DNA of 40,442 nucleotides from a virus. The notes under the pieces are model-generated. The model made no database searches, was not told the origin of the DNA, and was given only the letters and a program-made list of their open reading frames with translations. The stretch covers positions 1 through 40,442 of the IMG/VR virus record IMGVR_UViG_3300031949_000092. One strand, given 5' to 3'. The translations under genes and the position numbers were made by a program. Positions 16,459 to 24,660 of the stretch are shown in pieces (position 1 is the first letter of the stretch; each line of letters begins with the position of its first letter).

Positions 16459-17825
16459 TTCGTAAATTTTGACAAGTCTATTCTGTGAGCGGCGGTGGGT
16501 GATATGAATGGCCTTTGCTTCGGCCTCCCTATCGTGCCAAGTGCAACACCTATTTGTTTTGCAAGACGGTACGACATCTCAAGGGCGTCAAGTGCATCCA
16601 AATACTCTACATCGGGATATTCCTGCATTTCATTCCACAATTCATTTCCTCCCTTAAAAAGAATTTGCCCTGTATTTATCAATGGTTCCATGCCCTCTAT
16701 CCTCTCCTCTTTCTTTCTTTTCTGCTCCAAGCCTATAAATGGTATGTACTTGCCCAGAGCTTTGGACTTATCCTCGATAACCTTTAGGAAATACTTTTGA
16801 AACTGTATTGCCTCGATACCAAACCTGTCGAACTTATATGGTAAGTTTAGAATCCTCCTTATTGTTTCATCCGGCACGACCTGCTCTTCGAAACTTTCGA
16901 CCTCGTAGACTTGGCCTTTTTCGTCGACTCCTAGGACTACCATTCCCACCTTGCTTCCTTTTATCGCTTCCCCTAAAGACAAATCAACCGCACCGCAATA
17001 AACCAATTCAGTTGGCAGATACTCATACTTTTTTGGTTTGAAGTAGGCATATTCGGCTGGATTAGGAAATTCTACTAAATAATATCTTTTCCAATCCTTT
17101 GAGGTAGTTTGTCCTTTCTTCTCCTCAAGATACTTTCTGGTAAATCTTCCTTCTTCAATGGCTTGGTCTAAACTTATTCTTACTTTGTGGTAAAGCGGGT
17201 TATTGTAGGCTTTCTCGAACACGCTCTTTTCAATGCAGTTACCGCTCATTATTAACTTTCCCCAACCTTTTGTTTCCTCCGGCATTCTGACTACTTTTGA
17301 GAATTGCTCTTCGCTTCGTATCAATCCTGCTTCCTCCAAAATAACTATATCGCCGCCCTCTCCAACAACTCTTTCTCCCTCTCGGCTCATTGCCCTTGAC
17401 TCAACTGATGTTACATAAATCCAACCGCCATCTGACCATCTTAGTCCCTGCTTGCTCATAATAATTTTTAATCTTTCAATTTTTTCCGTGTCTATACCAA
17501 TTAAATTACTATAAAGAGGCTGAGAATCTGATACATGAGAAATTACATATTCCATAATTTTATTTGCTTTTTCCTGCGTTCCTGCAACTACTGGTATCTT
17601 TAAATGCCTTACACTAGCCAAATAAATAAGAGCCAAAGCAAGAACCTCTGTTTTTCCATATCTTGTTGGAGCTGATAACCAAAGCCACTTAATCTTGCGA
17701 TTCATTATTTCAGAAAACATTTTCGCCTGACCAGAAGTTAATTCGTAAGGATTTCTTTTGGAGTCTACAAAGTGGCTCTTAACTAGCTTTTTGTATGCTT
17801 CCTGCTTTAAGTTTTGGTCTTTCAT
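16455..17825 (-). CDS. terL: Terminase large subunit
   Basis: 456 aa with Walker A-like SAPTRYGKTE and Walker B-like DIVILEEAG, plus a C-terminal nuclease-like acidic region. Its position follows TerS. Confidence 0.85.
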   Translation of the reverse strand: MKDQNLKQEAYKKLVKSHFVDSKRNPYELTSGQAKMFSEIMNRKIKWLWLSAPTRYGKTEVLALALIYLASVRHLKIPVVAGTQEKANKIMEYVISHVSDSQPLYSNLIGIDTEKIERLKIIMSKQGLRWSDGGWIYVTSVESRAMSREGERVVGEGGDIVILEEAGLIRSEEQFSKVVRMPEETKGWGKLIMSGNCIEKSVFEKAYNNPLYHKVRISLDQAIEEGRFTRKYLEEKKGQTTSKDWKRYYLVEFPNPAEYAYFKPKKYEYLPTELVYCGAVDLSLGEAIKGSKVGMVVLGVDEKGQVYEVESFEEQVVPDETIRRILNLPYKFDRFGIEAIQFQKYFLKVIEDKSKALGKYIPFIGLEQKRKKEERIEGMEPLINTGQILFKGGNELWNEMQEYPDVEYLDALDALEMSYRLAKQIGVALGTIGRPKQRPFISPTAAHRIDLSKFTK

Positions 17826-18258
17826 TTAGTGATTCTATTTCATCTAAAGTGTTTTCTAACCTTTTAAGATATAGAGTAAAATCTCCAGTCTGCTGTATTT
17901 CTTTTTTGTCTATCCATTCAAAGTTATTCTTTAGATTAAAAATAGCACCCGTTTGATTAGGAGTTTCTAATAATCTTGTTTCAACATCTTCATGTACTTT
18001 TTCTCTTGCTTTTTTTATAGTGGGAAGAAACTCGTTCTTTTCAGCATAATCCACAAGCGTTCTTCTGCTCATTTCCAATCTTCTTGCCAACCCGCTCATT
18101 GTATAAGGTGCCGGATGAACTATTAAGATTTCTTTTCCAGTATCTTTGTCATAAATGGTTCTTGTCCGATTATCGCACCATTCAAAATACTCATCTATCT
18201 TTTTTTGCATTTCTTCCGGTGTTTCGAAAATTGGTGGTCTACCGCCTTTGTTCTTCAT
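17779..18258 (-). CDS. terS: Terminase small subunit
   Basis: GGRPPIFETPEEM..IDEYF..C, P.TMSGLARRL and FNLKNNFEW.DK fit the classical phage small-terminase pattern. AGGAG lies 8 nt upstream of the ATG. Confidence 0.8.
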   Translation of the reverse strand: MKNKGGRPPIFETPEEMQKKIDEYFEWCDNRTRTIYDKDTGKEILIVHPAPYTMSGLARRLEMSRRTLVDYAEKNEFLPTIKKAREKVHEDVETRLLETPNQTGAIFNLKNNFEWIDKKEIQQTGDFTLYLKRLENTLDEIESLNERPKLKAGSIQKAS

Positions 18259-18406
18259 TTACTTTCTCCTTTTTCCAATCAAAATGCTCTCTAATGTTTC
18301 TGAATACGTCTTTAGCTGATAAATGCTCTAGTGATTCCAGTCTTTCAAGCAAGAGTTTAAACTCATTAATCTTTTGTTGTGGTTGTTTGGGTTCTTGTTC
18401 TTTCAT
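18239..18406 (-). CDS. 55-aa hypothetical protein, not in the ORF track
   Basis: ATGA overlap with the upstream gene. The open frame overlaps the TerS start by 20 nt. Confidence 0.45.
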   Translation of the reverse strand: MKEQEPKQPQQKINEFKLLLERLESLEHLSAKDVFRNIREHFDWKKEKVNEEQRR

Positions 18407-18663
18407 TTTTCATTTTTATATATTTTATTTATCGTTTCATCCTCTTCGTAGTTTGGATTCTCTTTCTTTTTAAGGTCGGTCAGGGTAGGCCTTTTTGTTG
18501 TACCAAGGCTTTTCATCACTTCCTCATCCGGCAATTCTATAAGAGGTCTAATTGGCGTATTTCTAGGTAATGTATAAAACCTTATAATTTCCTCTTGGGT
18601 TTGGGGCGGTAATCTTGAATCCAATATCTTTATTACTAAATCGTAAACCTTTTGATTAAACAT
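18403..18663 (-). CDS. Hypothetical protein
   Basis: 86-aa ORF, tightly packed with its neighbours. Confidence 0.55.
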   Translation of the reverse strand: MFNQKVYDLVIKILDSRLPPQTQEEIIRFYTLPRNTPIRPLIELPDEEVMKSLGTTKRPTLTDLKKKENPNYEEDETINKIYKNEK

Positions 18664-18880
18664 TCTTTAATATTTCCAATTTCCTTTCTAAAATCGGTAT
18701 TCTTTTGGCTTGCTTCTTTGCGTATTTCAGGCTTTCTTTTGTAGAACAATATTCGCACCATCTCGTATAACCACCATGAATGAAATCCATCATGCTTCCT
18801 TGGCCCACCCAATTTATTGTGGCTTTGCGCTTCTTACAGTTAGTGCAAATATCTAAGTCTTTAGGTTTTTCTCTCGCCAT
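18656..18880 (-). CDS. Zinc-ribbon protein
   Basis: 74 aa with CTNC...CEYC. AGGAG/AAGGA lies upstream of the ATG. Confidence 0.6.
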   Translation of the reverse strand: MAREKPKDLDICTNCKKRKATINWVGQGSMMDFIHGGYTRWCEYCSTKESLKYAKKQAKRIPILERKLEILKNV

Positions 18881-19220
18881 TCCTTGCTCCTTCCGCCTTT
18901 GCTTTTATCAATCTGCCAACTTCCCTTCAAGTCCTTCCAAACATATTTTGCGTTCTTTACTTGTTCTTGAGTAACTTCTAAACCGCTTGTTGAATATTCG
19001 TCTAGATACTCCCGACTAAGCACTCCCCCCCTAAATGGCTGTAAAGCGTCTTTCCTGAATTCACGCCTTCCTTCTTTAATGCTTTCGCTAGTCCATTCTC
19101 TTTCATAGTGCGGTTTGTCTTTGTCTTGTCTGCAAACTTTACAGAAAGTTACTCCATAAACTTCGTCAATTTCTGCCAGCCGTTTATTACAATTACCACA
19201 GAGTATTTTTTTTTAATCAT
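18853..19220 (-). CDS. Zinc-ribbon protein whose ATG is separated from the body by a -1 frame change in an A9 run
   Basis: ATG-ATT-A9 at 19220-19206 (ATGA overlap with the GroEL stop). The 113-codon open frame (CGNC...CKVC) is reached only by a -1 slip or if the run is really A10. Confidence 0.5.
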
Positions 19221-20803
19221 TTCTTTTCCTCCTCAATCTCTGCGACAATGCCTTCCGCAGTAGTGAGAGATATTGCAACTGCAACTGCATTATTTAATGC
19301 TTCAACTAAAACTTGAGTGGGATCAATTATGCCTTCTTTCATCATATTGACAACATCTTCAGTGACAACATTAACTCCATATCCAAATCCTTTTTCTTTT
19401 ACTCTCAACGTCATTTCTCCACTATTTAGCCCTGCATTTCCAAGCAATTTATCAAATGGCTTTCTAATCGCATTTTTTAATATTCGATAAGCATAGTCTT
19501 CATCTTCAGTTTCGGGTTTTAAAACATCATCTATAAACAAAAGAACTGTTTCTCCCCCAGGAACAACCCCATCCTTGATTGATGAGCGAGTTGCAAGGAT
19601 TGCATCTTCACAACGCTCCCTGCGTTCTTCCGCTATAGATTCAACATGTCCCCCCACTCTAATAACATAAACTCCCCCGGTCAGCTTAGCCAGCCTTTCT
19701 CTTAATTTCTCTCTATCAAATTCTTTCTCTTCCTCTTTTAACTGGTTCTTTATTGAGTTAATCCGTTCCTTGATTTTCTTGGGGTCGCCCTTGCCTCCCC
19801 GGATAGTCGTCGCCTCTTTTGTAGAGACTACCTTGTCGGCGTGTCCTAAATCTTTTAATTCAATCTCTTTTAGTTTCATTTTGGCATCGCTTGAGATAAA
19901 CTTCGCACCCACAACCGTCGCTATATCCTGAAGTATGTTTTTGGTGTTGAAGCCCGGTGCCTTAATTGCCAGCATATTCGCCTTGCCGGTTACTTTATTA
20001 TTTATCAAGCTTACCAGTACCATGCCCTCTATGTCTTCCGCTATAACTACAAGGTTTTTCTCCTTTGCCTCGTTCATTTTTATAAACAAGGGCTGAATTT
20101 CAAAAGCGTCATCTAGCTTGTAATCGGTGACCAATATGTTTGCGTTACTTACCGAAGCGGTCATGTTGTCGGGATTTGTCACAAAGTATTCGGTCTTGTA
20201 GCCTGAGTCTATCTGCAAACCCTCCTGATGGTCTATAAAAGTATCCGGTCCCGTTATTTCCTCTGCCGTTATCACCGCGTCAACTCCTGCTTTCTCGTAA
20301 GTTTCGCCTATCAGTTTGCCCATTTGCTCATCCTCCGAACTTATCGTAGCCACTTGGATTTTCTGCTCTTTAGTCTTAACCGGAGTAGAGAGTTCCTTAA
20401 TCCTTTCAACAAGCAAGTCCCGCCCTTTCTCTAAACCGCTTCTCAAACTCATTGGATTTATACCAGCATTCGTAACTTTTAAAGCTTCTTCCATTATTGA
20501 ATAAGCTAGTAAAATCGTTAATGTAGTACCATCTCCCACACTTTCCACAGTTTCTCTCGCGGATTGCTTAATTATCTCCGCTCCTGCACTCTCAAATGGG
20601 TTTTTAGGATTAATGGTCTCACTAACTTTCAGACCATCATGAAGTAATTTTGTCCTGTGTGGTTGCCAAGTAACAATATTTCTGCCACGAATACCTAATG
20701 TAGTTGATACGGCTCGATTTACTCTACTCGCACCTTTTAGTAGTTTTTCTCTAGCTTTTATCCCGTGTATTTCTTTGCTATATTTCATGGATTTATTTCC
20801 CAT
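19217..20803 (-). CDS. groEL: GroEL-type chaperonin (Cpn60)
   Basis: Motifs VGDGTTLTILLA, AIKAPGF, LTGGVYVIRVGG and DGVVPGGE are present. It ends EIEEEKK with no GGM tail. The ATG at 20788 gives a canonical N-terminal length. Confidence 0.9.
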   Translation of the reverse strand: MGNKSMKYSKEIHGIKAREKLLKGASRVNRAVSTTLGIRGRNIVTWQPHRTKLLHDGLKVSETINPKNPFESAGAEIIKQSARETVESVGDGTTLTILLAYSIMEEALKVTNAGINPMSLRSGLEKGRDLLVERIKELSTPVKTKEQKIQVATISSEDEQMGKLIGETYEKAGVDAVITAEEITGPDTFIDHQEGLQIDSGYKTEYFVTNPDNMTASVSNANILVTDYKLDDAFEIQPLFIKMNEAKEKNLVVIAEDIEGMVLVSLINNKVTGKANMLAIKAPGFNTKNILQDIATVVGAKFISSDAKMKLKEIELKDLGHADKVVSTKEATTIRGGKGDPKKIKERINSIKNQLKEEEKEFDREKLRERLAKLTGGVYVIRVGGHVESIAEERRERCEDAILATRSSIKDGVVPGGETVLLFIDDVLKPETEDEDYAYRILKNAIRKPFDKLLGNAGLNSGEMTLRVKEKGFGYGVNVVTEDVVNMMKEGIIDPTQVLVEALNNAVAVAISLTTAEGIVAEIEEEKK

Positions 20804-21101
20804 AAACCATCAACACTTTTCCGAACGGAACTATCCTGAATTGCTCACCCTCAATCTTGAAAGTCTCGAATCCGCCCGCTGAATGAACAAGTGTTTGTCC
20901 GACTTTTACCGGGGATTCGACTATTAGCTTTCTTTCTTCGTCATAATAGGAATCACCAACTTTCAGGACTTTTGCCAACTGTGGGAATTCATCAGCGACT
21001 ATTTCTATTCCTTCGCTTGAAGTTTTATCGAGAGGTTCGACGAGTATATATCCGGCGACAGGTATGAAGTTTTCTATTTTCATCGGTATATTTTTTACCA
21101 T
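20793..21101 (-). CDS. groES: GroES-type co-chaperonin (Cpn10)
   Basis: About 100 aa, overlapping groEL by 11 nt. The pattern GYILVEP...GIEIV...AKVLKVGD...VKVGQTLV resembles Cpn10 beta-barrel spacing. Confidence 0.65.
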   Translation of the reverse strand: MVKNIPMKIENFIPVAGYILVEPLDKTSSEGIEIVADEFPQLAKVLKVGDSYYDEERKLIVESPVKVGQTLVHSAGGFETFKIEGEQFRIVPFGKVLMVYGK

Positions 21102-21116
21102 AACCCTATTATATCA
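21102..21116 (-). promoter_or_regulatory. Extended -10 promoter fused to the groES ATG (TGATATAATAGGGTT-ATG)
   Basis: TGnTATAAT with 6 nt to the ATG. The upstream TAA stop lies inside the hexamer. Confidence 0.6.
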
Positions 21117-21270
21117 AACTTTCAATTTGTTTGATAAATTGCTTATTTAAACTCTTCCGGTTCTCCAATCCTCCGCCTTTACCTTGGTCTTCGTATATAG
21201 GTTTAGCTAACTTTTTAGCCCTCCCATTTTTTACTATCCAGTGAAACTTGTAATCTATTACACGGAGCAT
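21109..21270 (-). CDS. 53-aa hypothetical protein, not in the ORF track
   Basis: The open frame checked clean. It sits downstream of a TTGACA-N18-CATAAT promoter. Confidence 0.45.
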   Translation of the reverse strand: MLRVIDYKFHWIVKNGRAKKLAKPIYEDQGKGGGLENRKSLNKQFIKQIESLI

Positions 21271-21283
21271 TTGGACAGAATTA

Positions 21284-21313
21284 ATTATGTATTATTTATA
21301 GTTTTTTTGTCAA
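21284..21313 (-). promoter_or_regulatory. Sigma70-like promoter TTGACA-N18-CATAAT
   Basis: -35 at 21313-21308 and -10 at 21289-21284, with the ATG 13 nt downstream. Confidence 0.5.
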
Positions 21314-21314
21314 A

Positions 21315-21485
21315 TCAATCCCATGTGTAACCTTGTTCTATCTTAGTAGGTTCTTTAGGTTCTTTTATTCTTTGACGCTCTGCCGCCTCTTTTAACTGCT
21401 CCTCGGTTACATCTAATTTAGTAACGCCTACGATTTGGGCTAAATCTTCTGGGCCAAGCGGTTGTTTGTTAGGTTTTCTTTCCAT
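21315..21485 (-). CDS. 56-aa hypothetical protein, not in the ORF track
   Basis: ATG at 21485 overlaps the end of the upstream gene. The frame is open to the TGA at 21317-21315. Confidence 0.45.
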   Translation of the reverse strand: MERKPNKQPLGPEDLAQIVGVTKLDVTEEQLKEAAERQRIKEPKEPTKIEQGYTWD

Positions 21486-21876
21486 TTATAGAATCTAGGA
21501 GTTTTAAAATATCGTCTAGGGCATGGTTGTAGGTAAATTTCCTGATTCCCTTTTTGTGATGTTTCTTTTTCATTCTTTCTATTTTAATTGAAATCTCTTT
21601 CTCTTTTTCTTTAAGGGCAGTTTCTATAAAATCCCAAATATCATCTAAACCAGCATCAGAACTTTCACAAATAGAAATAATATAATCTTCTCCAAATCTC
21701 TTCTTAAACTCCTCTTTTAACTTTTTATTAGTCATTTTAGTTTTATTCATCTTTGGTCTTATATTACGAGCAACTTCTTCCGCAACCTTCTCGTAAGTTT
21801 CTTTGACAATTTCTGATTGTTTCTTCTTCATTTTGGGTTCAACCCAATTCATTCCAAAGTTTCTTTTAGCGGTCAT
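21469..21876 (-). CDS. Lys/Glu-rich hypothetical protein
   Basis: 135-aa ORF. Confidence 0.6.
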   Translation of the reverse strand: MTAKRNFGMNWVEPKMKKKQSEIVKETYEKVAEEVARNIRPKMNKTKMTNKKLKEEFKKRFGEDYIISICESSDAGLDDIWDFIETALKEKEKEISIKIERMKKKHHKKGIRKFTYNHALDDILKLLDSINGKKT

Positions 21877-21899
21877 TTTGATTTTAAGTTAATAGTTTA

Positions 21900-22007
21900 T
21901 TATCCTATTGAAACTCTCAAATTCTTAGGCAGTCCTTTAAGACGCTCTATGGTAATTTTCTTTTTAAGTTCTTCAAGCTCTTTTTTGGACATCTTTTTCT
22001 TTTTCAT
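21900..22007 (-). CDS. 35-aa Lys-rich peptide
   Basis: ATG at 22007 is preceded by the conserved intergenic element. It contains ITIERLKGL, which recurs as a remnant at about 22620-22650. Confidence 0.35.
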   Translation of the reverse strand: MKKKKMSKKELEELKKKITIERLKGLPKNLRVSIG

Positions 22008-22034
22008 TTATATATAAGGGTAGGGTTGGGATTA
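22008..22034 (-). repeat. Conserved intergenic element, copy A (TAATCCCAACCCTACCCTTATATATAA-ATG)
   Basis: Near-identical to the copy at 22293-22317. It begins with the upstream stop codon and ends at the next ATG. Confidence 0.7.
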
Positions 22035-22292
22035 GACCTCTATAAACCTAGAACCATCTTCAAGTATAATTTCCCTTAAATTTTGTTTTACTTTAATCTT
22101 AGGCTCGTGTCTTACTAACTCTCTATTAAGTGCGTTTAAAACATTGACAAGCCTTCTTTTAATTCTCGCTAGTCTATTCTCAGAACGAGTTTGATTAGGT
22201 GTCCCTACTTTTCCAATTGAAGTTAAAATGCTTAAAGCCTCGTCAGTAAACTTTAGACTTACTAGCCTATTTTTATTTTCTTTCTTTCTCAT
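22032..22292 (-). CDS. Hypothetical basic protein
   Basis: 86-aa ORF. Confidence 0.6.
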   Translation of the reverse strand: MRKKENKNRLVSLKFTDEALSILTSIGKVGTPNQTRSENRLARIKRRLVNVLNALNRELVRHEPKIKVKQNLREIILEDGSRFIEV

Positions 22293-22317
22293 ATATATAA
22301 GGGTAAGGTTGAGATTA
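22293..22317 (-). repeat. Conserved intergenic element, copy B (TAATCTCAACCTTACCCTTATATAT-ATG)
   Basis: Second copy of the element at 22008-22034. Confidence 0.7.
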
Positions 22318-22608
22318 GGGATTTCCTTTAATCCAATCCTCCCCAGACTGACTTCCTATTCCAAATTTGTGGTCAAAACAACCACACCAATCATGTTCAA
22401 AGACAAGCTTACCGAACTTATTTGAATTAGGATTTACAATCACTCCCCAATCTGAACCCAATATCCCCGATAGTTCAACATAATAAGGACAAAATAAAGC
22501 TTGATAACCAACTCTATTTTCATCAAACACATTTGCACTATATTCTCTACTTATAAGTAATTCACATAATTTTTTGTGTATTTGGTTGTGCGTATATTTC
22601 TTTAACAT
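22315..22608 (-). CDS. Hypothetical protein
   Basis: 97-aa ORF with GAGAGGA upstream of the ATG. Confidence 0.6.
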   Translation of the reverse strand: MLKKYTHNQIHKKLCELLISREYSANVFDENRVGYQALFCPYYVELSGILGSDWGVIVNPNSNKFGKLVFEHDWCGCFDHKFGIGSQSGEDWIKGNP

Positions 22609-22677
22609 ATTATCCTCTCTAGCCTCCCTTTAAGCCTTTCTATGGTAATTTCATACATCTCCCAGCTTTAGGGATAG

Positions 22678-23073
22678 TCATAGTTTCTCTGCTAGTTTCT
22701 TTTTTTCTTCTTCAATAAATTTGTGTATCCAGCCATTAATACTTCTAGGATTAACACTAAACTTTTTCATAGCCTCATCCTCTGACTTATGATAATCATC
22801 AATTATCTCAAATATCGACTGGCCAAGAGCTTGACTCTTGTATTGGTTGAAAGCATATTTTCTGCCCTCACTTTCCCCTGTTTCATAGCCCTTGGTGTAT
22901 CCATCTTCGTATAATTTGTGTCCATACATCGCCCAAAGCCACAACTTTCTAAGTCCGCTTACAATTAAATTAAGAGGAATTGGATATGCAATAGCACCAA
23001 GCCTGTCTAGTTCCAAGTATGCAATTCCATATCCTGTTGGTATTTGGTCTCCTTCTTTAATAAACTTCTTCAT
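22678..23073 (-). CDS. Hypothetical protein
   Basis: 131-aa ORF. Confidence 0.6.
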   Translation of the reverse strand: MKKFIKEGDQIPTGYGIAYLELDRLGAIAYPIPLNLIVSGLRKLWLWAMYGHKLYEDGYTKGYETGESEGRKYAFNQYKSQALGQSIFEIIDDYHKSEDEAMKKFSVNPRSINGWIHKFIEEEKKKLAEKL

Positions 23074-23151
23074 ATATCTAAATTTAGCCTTATTAAGAAC
23101 TTATAAATTCTATAAGTGAGGCTAATTGGCTCACTAGCCCCACTTTAGAAT

Positions 23152-24141
23152 CTACTTTAACCACTCCCAGAATGAGAGCGGAAAAGTAACTGATTGCGGT
23201 CCATCTACAACAACCGCCACAACCGTTTCTCCTCCTGCACAAGAGTTTGAAGCCTGCACTCCGAATGTATAACCCAAATTAGGGTTTAAATCGTGAATCG
23301 TGTAGCTTACATAACCTCCCGTTACGGGAATATCTCGTGCTGCGTGCTGCCAATCGGTAGCACTTACTTCTTTGTAATAAAGGTTGGCGTTTGAGCTACT
23401 GGTAAAGAAATTAACAGTTGCATCTGCACCCGCTCTTATTACATGGACGTTGCTTGGAAGAACCAAGGGTGTCGTGTCTGTACATTGTGGTGTACCAGGT
23501 TGCCCTTGCTCTACTTTCACTTCAGGTTCAGGAGTCGGTGTAGGATTCGGCTCACAATCGGTTTTTACACCGACAGTCTGCCAAGGCAGGTACCAATCGT
23601 TCTCCGCACCTCTCCAAAGCCTGTAATCAACAACATGGTCTCCAGAATCCTCTGGGAAGCCAACGACAACACTTTCAAAATGTTCATCGTTTCTTCCGTC
23701 AACATCAACCGTGTTATAGCGTTGACCAAAAGGTTGTCCCGCAAATGGACCATTGGCTATATTTGAAGGAGTAACCTCATCATCTGTCCCTTCCTCCCCG
23801 TCTATCCGATAATCAAAAGAGAAGAAGTATCTGGTTGGGTTTGAGAACTCCAACTGTGCAAATCCGCAATACTCAACCGCACTCATTGAAGGAAGTTCGG
23901 TCTCATCAATATCACAACCTCCTTCAGTATCATAAACCTGTTGGTTGTGAGGAAGTCCCAAGTGCCCGTCATAGGCCTGTTGGTTCTCAAACTCCAAAGT
24001 TATTGACTGAGCTGGATTGTGGTGGCAAAGAACATAGCCGCTAGCTTCAACAGAAGTATCCAAACTCCTATTAAAAAGCAATAGTCCCGCTATTCCTAAA
24101 GTTATTGTTATTAAAAGTATTAGTTTTTTTATAGTAATCAC
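23152..24141 (-). CDS. Secreted or membrane-anchored protein with a Pro/Thr linker and a C-terminal FN3-like domain (moron candidate)
   Basis: GTG start. N-terminal hydrophobic segment LILLITITLGIAGLLLF, PT-rich linker NPTPTPEPE, and an Ig/FN3-like C-terminus. It looks visibly more GC-rich than its neighbours. Confidence 0.65.
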   Translation of the reverse strand: MITIKKLILLITITLGIAGLLLFNRSLDTSVEASGYVLCHHNPAQSITLEFENQQAYDGHLGLPHNQQVYDTEGGCDIDETELPSMSAVEYCGFAQLEFSNPTRYFFSFDYRIDGEEGTDDEVTPSNIANGPFAGQPFGQRYNTVDVDGRNDEHFESVVVGFPEDSGDHVVDYRLWRGAENDWYLPWQTVGVKTDCEPNPTPTPEPEVKVEQGQPGTPQCTDTTPLVLPSNVHVIRAGADATVNFFTSSSNANLYYKEVSATDWQHAARDIPVTGGYVSYTIHDLNPNLGYTFGVQASNSCAGGETVVAVVVDGPQSVTFPLSFWEWLK

Positions 24142-24167
24142 CCCAATTCTAAGCTAAAAAGCTAAAT

Positions 24168-24207
24168 GCTGGGGGCAAATTAATTAGATTTTCTCCCGAC
24201 CCCCAGC
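24168..24207 (-). terminator. 8-bp GC-rich stem-loop between YopX and the moron gene
   Basis: Minus strand reads GCTGGGGG-(24-nt loop)-CCCCCAGC followed by ATTTAGCTTTTT. Confidence 0.4.
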
Positions 24208-24209
24208 TC

Positions 24210-24641
24210 TTAACCTTTTAAATTATTCTTTTTAGTTTCTGAAGAGGTCAATAGTTCTGGGTTTTCGTAAATGTTGCCTATGATTTCGATTCTTTCTCCG
24301 TCATCCATTATTCTCCTGTAACGATTTTCTCCCCAGTCAATCACAAAAGCCATTTCTTTTTCGTTGTATTTAAGAAAACCCCTATCCTCATTGCCATGTT
24401 CATCAGTTACTATTATTTTATCCATCTCATATATCTCTTTTCCACTTTTGTCTTTGAGGCCAATGAATTGCATAAGGATATAATCTACTGGGGCTATATT
24501 TTTCCAAATATCTGAATCACCCGTTTCAATTTGAAGATTACCTTGATTATCAAGTTGAAATATGCTTATCCATCTTTTGGTTGATATATGCCAAGCTCTA
24601 AATTTAATTTCTCTTATTTTGACTTTATCTTCTTTTTTCAT
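24210..24641 (-). CDS. YopX-family protein
   Basis: IKFRAW..., LMQFIGLKDKSGKEIYE.D and IEIIGNIYENPELL match the YopX signature. I chose the ATG at 24641 (M40 of the track ORF), which lies after the upstream stop. Confidence 0.7.
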   Translation of the reverse strand: MKKEDKVKIREIKFRAWHISTKRWISIFQLDNQGNLQIETGDSDIWKNIAPVDYILMQFIGLKDKSGKEIYEMDKIIVTDEHGNEDRGFLKYNEKEMAFVIDWGENRYRRIMDDGERIEIIGNIYENPELLTSSETKKNNLKG

Positions 24642-24660
24642 ATTCTCTCTTTGGTAAAAG

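Noticed and set aside
23116-23134. Hairpin downstream of the moron gene as a terminator
   Set aside because: It has only a 5-bp stem with an internal mismatch and no clean U-run, which is too weak to call.
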